DNA from: Octopus bimaculoides
Lineage: Eukaryota
Direction: 5' to 3'
Length of the DNA stretch: 64,000 nucleotides
Assembly: GCF_001194135.2 (NCBI RefSeq)
Contig: NC_068990.1
Span: 12,621,415-12,685,414, forward strand
The position numbers and the translations under genes were made by a program. This document shows, piece by piece, positions 25,481 through 37,816 of the stretch. Below the pieces are notes generated by a model. The model had not been told where the DNA came from and made no database searches. It saw only the letters and a list, made by a program, of their open reading frames with translations. Numbering within the stretch: the first letter of the stretch is position 1; each line of letters starts with the position of its first letter.

Positions 25481-26168
25481 CCTAACAGAAAATAAGCTCT
25501 TGCTCAACATCTCCAAAAAAAAAAAAATACTAGATACATGTTTTTTTTTCATTGTTATTAGAAACACATCACTCTGGACATTGCAACCTGAATTTAGCTG
25601 TAGCAGAATAGAATAATCTGATCATTTCAAATTTCTAGAAACCATCATTGATAAGAATTTAATGGAATCTACATAGTGAGCGAATGTAGAGGGGAATACT
25701 CAGTGCTATTGGTATCTTATCTCATACAAATATTTTTTTTTTCCTAAAAACATGCTACTTAGCATATATCAGACTCTTATTGTTATCTAAAATATAGTAT
25801 TATTTTGTGCAGGTTTGCATTGGAGTAGGTAGTTATCATTCTAGTAAAGTGGCAAACTTACAAAGAAGTATCTTGAGACTAGTTTTAAATTGAAAATACA
25901 AAAAAAAAAATACAAAAAAAAATTGCAATACTGGACATACTGATTTTCTGTATAGTAATATTTAAGTTTAAAAATTTTCAGACCTGTCTATACTGGCACA
26001 AATCAAATTTTCCAATAATTTTCATCTTCACTTTTTCTACCTAAATGTCTGTTGGCTTTAGAGTTTGTTGAGCAACTCTGACAGAACCAAATATCCATGT
26101 TTATATAAAACATGGATATTTCAAGTTTTCAGACATGTGTATACTCAAACAAACCAAGTTTTATAATG

Positions 26169-27008
26169 TGAGGTGATATCAAAGAGTTCCTAGACTAATT
26201 ATGTTTGACAAAAGGTAACTTTTTTACCTAAGTTTTAGCATCATCTCATTTGAGATAGTCACCTTGTGCAGTAATACACCGTTCTCAGTGTTCCTGTCAT
26301 TTTTGGAATCTGACCTGGAAGTCGTTTTCTGTAAGTAAGTTGAAGACTTTCTGCAATTCACTCTTGATCTCAACAACAGCGTAAAAAACGGTGAGCTTTG
26401 AGCTGCATTTTCATCTTGGTGGAGAGATGGAAATCCACTGGTGCTAAATCTGGCAAATAGAGTGGGTGCAGAAGTGATGCCATGTTGTCTTTGGTGAGAA
26501 AAACATGAGTAAGGAGAGTTCTGTGACAGGGTGTGGTGTCGCCATACAGAATCCAGATGTTAGGATTGCTTGCACGGACCCATACAACAGACCAACATCA
26601 ACAATGTCACTGATTGTCCTCCAACGATCTTCATGCTCAAGCTGATGAATTTTTTTTTTACATTTCTGGGGGTGACACTCATGACAAGTCTTCCAGATCA
26701 CACATTATCTTCCAGAGATGTTATTTTGCTTTTGAAGAGCCCGTGCCACTTGAATCATTGTGTATGACCCATTTCCTCATCACTGTAAGCATGCCAAAGC
26801 ATGCTCAATGTCCCTGTATCAGACTTCCCAAGCTTAACTCAAAATTTCACATTGGTTCTTTGTTTCAACTTCCTGTCTATGACAAAATCGCAGACTACAG
26901 CACACACAATCACAAAAACATAAATTTCGCAACTTGTGAGCACAACCGTGTGCTGCCATCTGTTGGACTACTACAGAACTAGTCCAGGAACTTTTTGATA
27001 CCATCTCA
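26169..27008 (-). mobile_element. Internally deleted mariner transposon (840 bp)
   Basis: TIRs tgaggtgatatcaaagagttcctagactaatt / rc tgagatggtatcaaaaagttcctggactagtt. Remnants include HQLEHEDRWRTISDI..VGLLYGSVQAILTS and LPDLAPVDFHL..KMKMQLK. Confidence 0.88.
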
Positions 27009-28419
27009 TATTCTTCTTCCTCTTCTTTGCTTTCTACCTAAATGTCTATTGACTTCAGAGTCATGGAACAATTTTTACAAAACCAAACATCCATGTTTAT
27101 GTAAAGCAATTTTCACAAGACTCTTGCATACTCACAGCTCCTTCAAAAAATTATTTCAAATAAGATCAAGTCCTTGAAAAGGACATTTCTTAAATGCTTC
27201 AATAAATTTATAAATTATGTAAAAAAAAATTTAAAAAAACACCGCCAATATAACCAAGTAAATGTAATTCACTTCAAAACAGAAACTACTTAATTCTATG
27301 CATCCATTCAGTCATGTAATGTTCATTATTCTGTGTGTTAAACACTTTATACAAGTACAGCCTTCACAAACGTTGTAACACCAGTCTCATATAAATCACT
27401 ATTTTTGAAATCAGTGTCGTTTCTGATTTATTGTCATCATTGTCTTTCACAACTGTCACTGTCATCACCATCATCATCATTTTGTTGTTCCGAGTGAAAG
27501 AACCAAAAAGGGTCATGGCCCCACCACTATAATTTTTTTTTTTTTTTATTCTCTACTCTGTCTACATACATATTGTAATGTGCTGCAAGTTTATAGTCAA
27601 AATAAGCAATTCAATTTTGAAAAGCATTTTAGTTTCAGCTTGTTCAGGGAATATTCTGTTCTTGAAGTTTCTGTTCAAAGCACATGTTGTGTTTTGCCAT
27701 TTGTCATAGGAATTAAAATGCTCATTTTCAAAGACTGCTTTTAAACAGTCATGTTCTATGGCAGCAAACCCTGAGCAATAACAGAAACACTTGCAGAACA
27801 GATAAATACTGAACACTGCTTTCATTTAGGATTTGCACTTGGGAGTTCATCCCTTCACAAAAAAAAAAAAAAAAAAAAAAAATCAGTTAATCACAAGTGT
27901 ACAGTCTTTCTCAGCCGATAGTAATACATATTAAAAAAAAAATAATAATAATCTGATTGAGCATATGCATACTTTGAGATGAACAAATACCCCAGTGGCC
28001 ATTCATTCAAATTACAAAAGTAGAGTTACAGAATTTAAGCTTCACTATGTTGGAAGAATTTTTCAAAAGACATACATTTCCCAAGCAAATGATGATATAT
28101 GTAGATTCTTGCTATGACCAAATACCAAGGACAAAAACAGATTGACCAGTACTGAGGGCACAAAATCTGTATTGAGGGTTACTAATTATGGAAATGACAA
28201 AAAATGTCATGGGAATTTAGTCCAGATAATTCAATATGCTTCAACTGAAGTAATAGAAATCTTGCTTTATGAAAGGGTAGTGATTCTACATCGTTCATAA
28301 AAATTATATTCAAAGAATATATGTTGTTTTGTGTTGCTGTAAGCATCAATTTCATGATTTGATATTGGTTTTCTAAGACCTATCTTATGCATGATAATGG
28401 TACTTGTTTTAAGAATTTT

Positions 28420-29103
28420 CATACTGATTGTTATTTTAAGTGACACATAAAATAGTAAAAATGGTTTTTAAAAAGGACAATAGTTATTCAGATATATTTC
28501 CCAATAAAACCATAAGAGTGGGATACTCAACATTGAGAAATGTTAGCAATATCATTTCCTGTATAAATAATAAGAAATTAAATAATTATTATAATAGCAT
28601 AATAAATAATAGCTCTAGCCATAATATAACCAGTAGTAATAGAAGTCTTAACCAACACATAGAAAAATGTTCCTGTCATGATAAGACTAAATGTAAGCTT
28701 TCTAATAATTGTAATATCGATAATGTAATCTGTAAATGTATAGTTAGCACTAAGAACAATAATAGTAAAATTATAAATAAGGCTTATATTGGATCAACAG
28801 CTAATGAAATTAAAAAAGAATATTCCAACACTACCAGACCTTTAAAAATCCCAATTCAAGTAAGTCTACAGGCTTAAGTAAATATATATGGGATTTAAAA
28901 TCTAGAAAAAGAGAGTACACCCTTAATTGGAATATTATAGGTAGAGCCCACTCCTATAATATTGGGAATAAAATGTGTTTATTATGCATAACTGAATTTA
29001 TGAAACTACTACAGTCTAGAGATGAATTATATTAAACACACGATGAACAAGGAGTTAAATGTAGGCACCGAAGTAATTTTACATTTAGTAAAATGAAGTA
29101 CTG
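28420..29103 (+). mobile_element. Penelope-like element, GIY-YIG endonuclease C-terminal fragment (frameshifted)
   Basis: IFPNKTIRVGYS...CSCHDKTKCKLSNNC.IDNVI.KC...KAYIGST; continues STGLSKYIWDLK...LNWNIIGRA..Y..GNKMCLLCITE...KCRHRS. Confidence 0.9.
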
Positions 29104-30129
29104 AACCCCCAGCTCCTGATTCAAATAACTACATAATTTTATTTCTAAAGAACTTGAATAGACTATATCACGTGATCACTTGATCACTTTGTCTTTTATT
29201 TTTAACTTACTGCTTCTAGAACTATATTATGTAATGCATCTTTTTTGTTTTAAGAGGCTGTGGTATGATTTGAGGAAAATTTAACTGCTATATTTAACAG
29301 TATAGATGTTCCTTAAATGGCAGTATTAGTGTAGCTTATTTTAGTATATTACATAAAGTGATAGGCTTAGATGGAAAGGATCAAATAAACTCGGCTATTC
29401 AACTGCTCTCTCATGAATCACAACTTAATATTTGCTGCATATATTTGTCTTGTACTGAATATTTAATTACAAGTTCTTCATCTAACCCAACTCAAGGGAA
29501 TAAATAACCAATTATCTTGGACTGTTACCATATGAAAGTCAACAAAAGATTCAGCTTTCATTTCATTAGAAGGAATCTCTTATTGGTTGATCAACCAGTA
29601 AAACTAGCAGCCAAATATCTCTGAAATTACTCTCTGTCATTTTGCAAATGTGAAAAGAAGAGCATATAGGACAGTGCCATCCAAGATAAACTATATTTGA
29701 CAATATGGAATGGGAATAGTTAGAATGCTTTTGATTATAAATTTGCTTGGTTAGTGCTAAACAGTAACAACAACAACAATTTAAAATGACAGACAAACTG
29801 TGTTAAAAGACTTTACAAATTAATTAATTATTGTTCAATTGATTAACCAATTAATTAACAATAATTAATTCTGGTACATGTGTTTTAACGATATTCCCAA
29901 CATACAATAATATATGCTTCATGTCAAGTATCTTATGAAAAAAATACAAAACTGAAATATTGTAAGCTTTAACCAGGCTAGCAATAAGTTAAGTACTTGT
30001 CACTTCATAAAATCTGCATCTTCTTCAAATTATACTCAAATTTCATGAACTCAACAGAACAGATAGCTCCATCTCTCAAAATATCAAACTGAGAATACAC
30101 TGTATTATCATTCTGTTTGCTATTACATA

Positions 30130-30470
30130 CACACTTTAGTCCTTTGCTCCTGTGGAATTCAGGCCATTGACAGATTTCCTCCACTGTTCTTGACTTTGAT
30201 GCTGCTCTGTCTTTAAGGCCTTCCTCTCTCAGGTTTTGTTGGTTTTGAATTGTCATTGGTGCTTCTGTACCTTTTTTTTTTTTTTTGTAAGAGTGTTGAT
30301 ACTATACAAACCCACTTTTACTTTGGGATAAGGCGATCTATATTAGTGTCTGGCATCTCTCCTTTGACCTGTCAAGCATGGCAACCTCCAACTAGCAGTT
30401 TGTACTCTGCTGGTATAGCTCCCAGCATCATTGAGGCACACAAACCATCACAGTTCAGAAAGGAGTGAAC
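30130..30470 (-). mobile_element. Short bipartite RTE-derived element (5'UTR-like part fused to RTE 3' end)
   Basis: Reverse complement: catgcttgacaggtcaaagg...gttacagaa-like linker...agaacagtggaggaaatctgtcaatggcctgaattccacagg; collinear with 61290-61620. Confidence 0.6.
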
Positions 30471-31739
30471 TTAGTTGGGGTGTACTACCCAAACATGTGC
30501 ATTGAAATACATAAATACCAGACATTAGGAAAAAGAAAACTAGTTTTAGAAAGAGGAGAACATTACAAAGATCATAGTTTTGTTGCAAAAGGCATTGAGA
30601 AATCGATCGATGATTAATGTATTAATCAAGTAATATAATTAACAATGAAGGACTGAACTACAACTATTTTAGGTGTGTTTATTGGCTAAATGACCCTCTC
30701 AGAGTACAACATTATCTGTTTCAACATATCAAGCATCTTTATAAAACAAACAAATGAAATACAGCAAATTATTTTAATTAAATTAATGTTTATTTCAAAG
30801 GTATAGATAAGGGGAGATAGAGAAAGAGAAAGGGAGAATAGAAAGAGAGAAAAGGGTGATATGAGAAAGAAAGAAAGAAAGAAGGAAGGAAAGAAAAAGA
30901 GAGATATAGAGAGACAAGGGGGGAGGGAGAGAAAGAAACCAATTGATTATAGGGCAATTCAGTAGTAGTGAAGTTAGAAAATATTGAAAAATATCAGATT
31001 AAGAGATCTATACAATATTTTATCCTTCATATCATAAATGGATGTTTGTTAACCAGATTTGAAAATCTATCTATCCCAATTGAATGTTTAGTAGAAAAGA
31101 AAGCCGCATGATGAAGTACTTTCCATATCAATATTCAAAGCCCCTCCAGAAGGTAAACAAGAAAAATCAATTATAACTATTGGTTTCCAAAGGTATTTCA
31201 ACTCGTTCAGACACAAGTGACAATCAGACTGAATTCGTTTATCATTTTATTCTTTCACTGGTCTCAGTCATTGGACTAATGCCATGATGGACCTTTTCTT
31301 AGGGTTTTTCTCTCTATTATGGTGACCCCCACCACCCCCAGTACTTAGTTTGGCACTTGTTTAATCTCTCATTTTATTGATTGTCCAAGCATAGTTTTTC
31401 TTCAGAGTAAAGGGATGTATTTCTATTAAATACATTTCACATAGTACTTTTCTTTGATTTTGTTTGATTTATCAGCAACCTCTAGACATTAAACACACAT
31501 CTTCACATACACACACACAGACACACACTCACAGTTATACGGACATCCATATATGCTCCTCATCAGTGTGCTCTTCAGAGACGTTTGTCAAAAGCAGTGT
31601 TGTTGCAAATCCTTCACTTTTGTCTGGTATGCAAATTGTTTATCAAATCTAACCAACTGGAGACAGCACCCAGTTCTCATCTCTTGGATTGGTAGCTTTA
31701 CTTTGAAGGAGATTCTACTGCTATTTCTAGCTGGTGAAA

Positions 31740-31870
31740 TGATACTTTGAAGTTTTGGCACAAGGCCAGCAATTTCAGGGGAAGTGGCTTCAGCAGGATT
31801 TGAACTCAGAACGTAAAGCCAGAAGAAATGTCACTAAGCATTTTGCCCTTCATGCTAACGTTTCTGCTTG
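31740..31870 (-). mobile_element. SINE family B fragment
   Basis: ggcacaaggccagc...atttgaactcagaacgtaaag...catgctaacg. Confidence 0.75.
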
Positions 31871-33953
31871 CTTGCTGCTATTTCTGGCAAGTGAAATAAT
31901 CACATATAGAAACCTTTTCATTTGTTTGTCTTTTCCCCATGCTGGAGAGAATTTTATGTAATTATGGTTTTCTTTGCAGTTATTTCTCTATTAATTGAAA
32001 GCTCAAAGACTTTGTAAACAACTCTAATACTCATTCATAATTTATGTTCAAGAGGTTTTATTTTGCTTATATTTAGTTTCTGTTTCTAAAGAATAAATAA
32101 TAACAGACCCTTTCAAGTAGAATCCATTTTAAATATCAAGTTGAATGTATTGTTACATGTTGCTGTTTAGCTTCAGGTCAACTCTGGTCCAGTAGATCTA
32201 TAATCATTAAATGATAGAATGAGATTTAAGATTTGAAGGAGTTTAAATGCAGTTCTTCTAGGTTGAGTGGCCTTGTAAAAAAAACACGAAAACAAAACAA
32301 AAGGTTTCACTATTGATTGTTTTTAGTAGCAGGTTTGATGCACTTTAAATATCTCTGGTTTGTTATATAAAAAATTACCTAGATCCACTTTCAAATTAAC
32401 TACTTGGTCTGAAAATGAATCTCTTTCAGCTATTGGATCTTAGTTCATTTTTTTTTTTATAGTAATAATTATGAAGGGAAGTTCTTTTGAGAATGAAATT
32501 AAAATGTTTATATTACTCAAGATATTTTAAATATGAATTATGTCCTAATTCCATTAGATTTTACAATGTAGTAGATCCATCTCTCTCTCTCTCATTCCTT
32601 TTTTTTTTTTTTAACAACTAAAGTTTCATACTCTATCTTATGCCTCATATCATTAATGGATATTCGTCAACCCTAGTTGAAAATCCATCTATTCAAATTG
32701 AATATTTAATAGACAAGCAGCATGCTGAAATATTCTCCATAACAAAATAAAAAACCTATCCAGTAGGAAAAAAGGTATAAAATCAATGGTAACTCATTAG
32801 TGCTGTCATGAAAACATAACAAAATACAGTAAATATCATACAAAAAAATATGATATTGGAAATATAAAATGTGATCAGGAAAAGATGCTTAACAATGTGC
32901 CAATCATCTGGTATCAACATCTCTATTATTTTTTAGTTCTTTTCTTTTTTAAGTTTTATGTTAATGATGTTCTTTGTCTAATATCCATATCTTTAATATT
33001 CTCTTATTTTTTGCATCTGATTTGCCCCAGTAATCGATTACCTTCACCCTCTCCCCCTTCCCTTTTCACCCCCACACTCTCATTTCCTCACTGTCTTTCG
33101 TTCTCTCCCATTTCCTCACTATCAATTATTCTCTCTCTTTATTTTTTTCCTTTGTCTCGTTCTCTCTCTCTCTCTCTCTGGCAGAATAACTCTAATAAGA
33201 TCCATTATGTTTAAATTACTTACTAACATGCTGATATCTCATCTACTGTTATTTCTTATAACTAATACTTTCAGTTAAGGTATCCACATTCATGTTAGTT
33301 TAACCTCTTCATCCAAGGAAATGAAACTAAATTACTTTGCAAGATTTTTTTTTCCTTTAGTTACTGTACCTTAATTACTGATCTCATATATTCATTTATC
33401 AAATCTCTTTTTCTAATTTTTTTTTTTTTTGGTAAAAGGTTAAATAGATTTATTTTATATTCTTTTTTAAAAAATATAATTAAAACACAAAGCTCTGTAC
33501 TACACTCTGCTAAAAATATTCAGTTTTACAACTAAACATACATATACACACACATGCACATATACATAAAATATAATAATTAAAATATATAAAAACTATT
33601 TTTATANNNNNNNNNNNNNNNNNNNNNNNNNNNNNNNNNNNNNNNNNNNNNNNNNNNNNNNNNNNNNNNNNNNNNNNNNNNNNNNNNNNNNNNNNNNNNN
33701 NNNNNNNNNNNNNNNNNNNNNNNNNNNNNNNNNNNNNNNNNNNNNNNNNNNNNNNGAAACCGGTTATTTCTCAAAATACAATGTTTATATACCAAAAAGA
33801 TTTTATAACATTTTTCTAACATTTTTCTTACATTTTTCTGACATAATTTAAATATATACTTTAACCATGTAACACAAGCCTTCTGTAGTTTTTTCACTCT
33901 TATTATCTTTTATACATCCAACCACGTTCTTTCACATACCAACTTTCTCACAC

Positions 33954-33988
<35 letters not shown>

Positions 33989-34669
33989 TATATTTGTATG
34001 TATATAGATATATGTGTGTGTGTGTGTTTATTTTTATAGTTTTTTATCATCCCTTTTCTGAACATTTGCATCATTGATTAAAGCTTTCCAATGCACTAAT
34101 AACTGCTTCACTGCATTTCTGTTGTTGAGTGTGATAAGGAAGTGATTATCTGTGCAACTAGAGTGGAATAAATAGCACAAGCTCTTTTATTTGACATACC
34201 CATTACACCTTTATTTGCCAATTGCTAATGTATATATCTTCTGCTTGCACACATGCATGTGTGTACATGTGTGAGTGTGTATGCATCTATGTGTGTGTGT
34301 GTGTGTGTATTAGTAAAAGTATTTGCTGTCTGACAGGACTTCCTTCCATTTGTGCAATCTATATGAAGCAGTTGAAGTGGCTTCTGCTGTATGTCACGAA
34401 ATTCAAATTATTGACCAAAACTTGTGATTTTACCTTAAATCTACTCAGACTTTTCACATTTGACTTATAATAAATAATATTACAAACACACACACTATTT
34501 GTCTGTGCTTGCATATATATATGTATATATTACGGAGATGTATTTTCATAGCAAGTGATCTGATCTGAGATGATGTGCTGAAACAAAAACACTTGCAGCG
34601 AGTAAGGTGTTTAGAAACCATTTAAAAACACACAAAAACTGTTGGATTCACTTCAACATTTAAATTTAA

Positions 34670-34720
34670 TTTGCCAAAATATTTTCGTCGCTTTGAGACC
34701 GCGACCTGTTCACTGACAAA
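34670..34720 (-). ncRNA. Mirror copy of the C3G/G8C hammerhead
   Basis: Exact reverse complement of 34743-34793. Confidence 0.7.
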
Positions 34721-34742
34721 ATTCTAAGATGCAGCACAGAAT

Positions 34743-34793
34743 TTTGTCAGTGAACAGGTCGCGGTCTCAAAGCGACGAAAATATTTTGGCAAA
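34743..34793 (+). ncRNA. Minimal type I hammerhead ribozyme, C3G/G8C variant
   Basis: Stem I tttgtca/tggcaaa (7 bp, one G.U); core GTGAACA; stem II (g)gtcgc/gcgac; GAAA; palindromic ATAT; U16.1 U17. Confidence 0.7.
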
Positions 34794-36424
34794 TTAAATT
34801 TAAATGTTAAAGTGAATCCAACGGTTTATGTGTGCTTTTAAAGGGCTTATAAACACCTTCCACACTGCAATTGNNNNNNNNNNNNNNNNNNNNNNNNNNN
34901 NNNNNNNNNNNNNNNNNNNNNNNNNNNNNNNNNNNNNNNNNNNNNNNNNNNNNNNNNNNNNNNNNNNNNNNNNNNNNNNNNNNNNNNNNNNNNNNNNNNN
35001 NNNNNNNNNNNNNNNNNNNNNNNNNNNNNNNNNNNNNNNNNNNNNNNNNNNNNNNNNNNNNNNNNNNNNNNNNNNNNNNNNNNNNNNNNNNNNNNNNNNN
35101 NNNNNNNNNNNNNNNNNNNNNNNNNNNNNNNNNNNNNNNNNNNNNNNNNNNNNNNNNNNNNNNNNNNNNNNNNNNNNNNNNNNNNNNNNNNNNNNNNNNN
35201 NNNNNNNNNNNNNNNNNNNNNNNNNNNNNNNNNNNNNNNNNNNNNNNNNNNNNNNNNNNNNNNNNNNNNNNNNNNNNNNNNNNNNNNNNNNNNNNNNNNN
35301 NNTGTGTGTGTGTGTGTGTGTGTATTGCAGGTAGAAGTATGAAATTATGTTTTTGAAATAATCATCTTGAATTTCCACTGGGAAAATATATTCATGCTTT
35401 AAAAATACAAAACTTTTTCCCATCCTTACTTTTAGTGGTTCAGTTTGTTCATTTCTAAATATTATTATTTGTAATAAAGAAAAATCCTACATTAGTATTG
35501 TCTTTGAATTCATGCAAGTAAGTACCTTTTGTTTTGTCGGTTTACTTTGGAGTTTCATAAAAATTATTTTGTCATGAAACAAAAAGAATTCATATAATAC
35601 CAGTGTCATTACCGATGTTTTATTAGAAGCTGAAACTTCCAAGTACAGCATTTCCATTCTAGTCCTTTGAATGACATAAATTACTTATGCATATTCATTC
35701 AGTGACAAAACTATGTCTCTCTCTCTCTCTATTATTTAATGACAAATTTACGTATTTATGTCATGGCAAAGATGTGTACGTTTGTGTATGTCTTTGTGTA
35801 TGTGTTTGTTTGAGAACAAACATATGGAGTACACCTGAATCTGTGTTTACATACACATGCACATACATGTATATGCACACACACACACACATACATGTAC
35901 ATACACACACACACACATGCATTGTTTGGAGGTGACGTGTGTGCATGGAATTGCATGCTACCATCTTTAATGATGCTTTATCTTATATCTTTTATGATAT
36001 TAAAAACATTTGCTGTCCAGCCAAATCTTTGTCTGGCGCACAAGCAGAAGTTAACTGACATATTTTGCAATAAAATAGCAAAGGAACATTTATGTCAATA
36101 TGCTTATATGGCCTGCTAAAAATATTAGTCAAGTCTCCATCAATTCCCTTCATATCATATTAACGAAGGAAAGAGAAATTTTACAATAAAGTCCTTGATA
36201 CAGTTTATGGAGAAAAAAACAAGGAAGTTGTGGTCATTACTGTAACAACTTCCCTCATGGCCTGAACTAGGATTAAACAACTTGACTGTCAAGTCTCACT
36301 CCAATAACAATTTTCTCATGTTATAAAAGCAAGCTCGTTTTGGATTAAAAGATTAACAATGATTGAGATCATGTCCATGTATGTTTGTATGCACGCGTAC
36401 GTGCGCGTGCGCATGTGTGTGTGT

Positions 36425-36620
36425 ATGTATCATCATCCTTTAACGTCCATTCTCCATGCTGGCATGGGTTGCACAGTTTGACCAGAGCTGGTAAGCTGGA
36501 ATGCTGCACCAGACTCCAGTCTCATTTGGCATCGTTTCTATCGCTGGATGCCCTTCCTAATGCCAACGACTTTACAAAGTGTTATGGGTGCTTTTACATT
36601 GTACTGCAAGAGCACTTTTA
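36425..36620 (-). mobile_element. RTE-type 3' tail fragment
   Basis: tttaacgtcc..tccatgctggcatgggttg...gctggatgcccttcctaatgccaac. Confidence 0.8.
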
Positions 36621-37782
36621 CATATGTATGTATAATGTGTATGCGTACCTGTTTTCCAAGCTCTGTGCTAAGCCCCATGTAAATCTATCTGCTCCACAGA
36701 TTGTAGAATAGTTTGTTGTAACTTGGAAGCACAAAACTTATTCTTTATCATTCAACCACATGAATAACAAATTTTATTCATCTTCAAATTTGTGACATTA
36801 ACCAAACTAGATATCAAAACTACCCAAACTCCTTTCACATATATCCAGCTTCTAGTAAATGATCTCAAACATTGTTTAATATGGCTAGTTTGCAACAATA
36901 ATAAAGCCTTATGTAGTTAATTGACATCCTAGAAGTATCAGCTAGGTATCCCTCAAATTACACTGGACAATGAAATTTTCAATATACAAAATAACAGCAA
37001 GATAATCATGGCCTTTGATCAGAAGTATTCCTTTCTGATTAAAGATTTACTTGGCTAGAATTGACCTGGTGCTGAAGCATTACATAAGAGTATGAAGTGT
37101 GTGTGGAATGAAGCAAAGTATTAGTCTCACTAAATCAGAGACTAGTTATGCATTAATGAAGCTCACTAGCTTTAGACTCTATAGAGTTTCTATAAGTCAG
37201 CTTGCAGCATGTTTCGATTTACTTGCTTATGTAAATATCCTGATCTAGCATATATATAAATGATGTTATGTGTCTGTAGGTAAGAAAACATGTAATCAGT
37301 TTTAGGGCAATACCATTAGTGTAGGAGTTTATGTGTTTCAGAGTTCGTTGTTGGAAGAGAGGATGAATGTAATATTCATAACAGGTTGCTGAGAAATGCC
37401 CGAGTTTATGAGGTGGGATCAAAAAGGACTCCATTTTCACAAAGCACAATGGACCAGGCTGAAAAAATGTCTTTTCAGATATATTTATGGTAATGGAAAT
37501 TACTCTGTAATTGGATGGAACATAGAATTTTATATATGGGCTGACATGGATATTATGTAGTTTTAAGCCAAAATGAAATGAATGGTTGTGATATGATTGA
37601 TAATTATGACTGTCATATATATTCTACACTGACTGTTGATGTAGGTAAATGTGTTTCATGTTTGAACCTTTATAGATTGTTAAACCTGTTACAAAATATC
37701 ACTGTTCTTGTTAGGTTTCAACATCTCACATTCTCTTAGAATTATCTAACCAGTTCTGCTAAATCATTTCCTCATATAGAAC

Positions 37783-37816
<34 letters not shown>

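Larger units (their letters stand above)
22490..25900 (+). mobile_element. Ancient fragmented L2/CR1-group LINE (APE endonuclease + RT), interrupted by younger elements
   Basis: Collinear motifs: MGDFNVDL..IIDHLF..SGIL..FSHH (22490-22730); WMVTGILVSVKHRD (~23390); IIPILK...PISLLSSIPKVF (~24010-24100); SKAFSTLDHNI..YKL and PQGSILEPLLFIIYMNNI (24660-24840); NKLLLNISK, FKFLETIIDKNL (25490-25670). Confidence 0.8.
34530..34873. mobile_element. Inverted-duplicated element end (probable Penelope-like pseudo-LTR) forming a foldback of at least 136 bp
   Basis: 34655-34725 is the exact reverse complement of 34738-34808 (12-nt loop). The outer arms continue with 11 mismatches in 65 nt up to the N gap. 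Flanked by (TA)n. Confidence 0.7.

Noticed and set aside
33756-33775. GAAA-CCGG-TT, possible 3' half of another hammerhead
   Set aside because: The upstream core lies in the N gap, so it cannot be supported.
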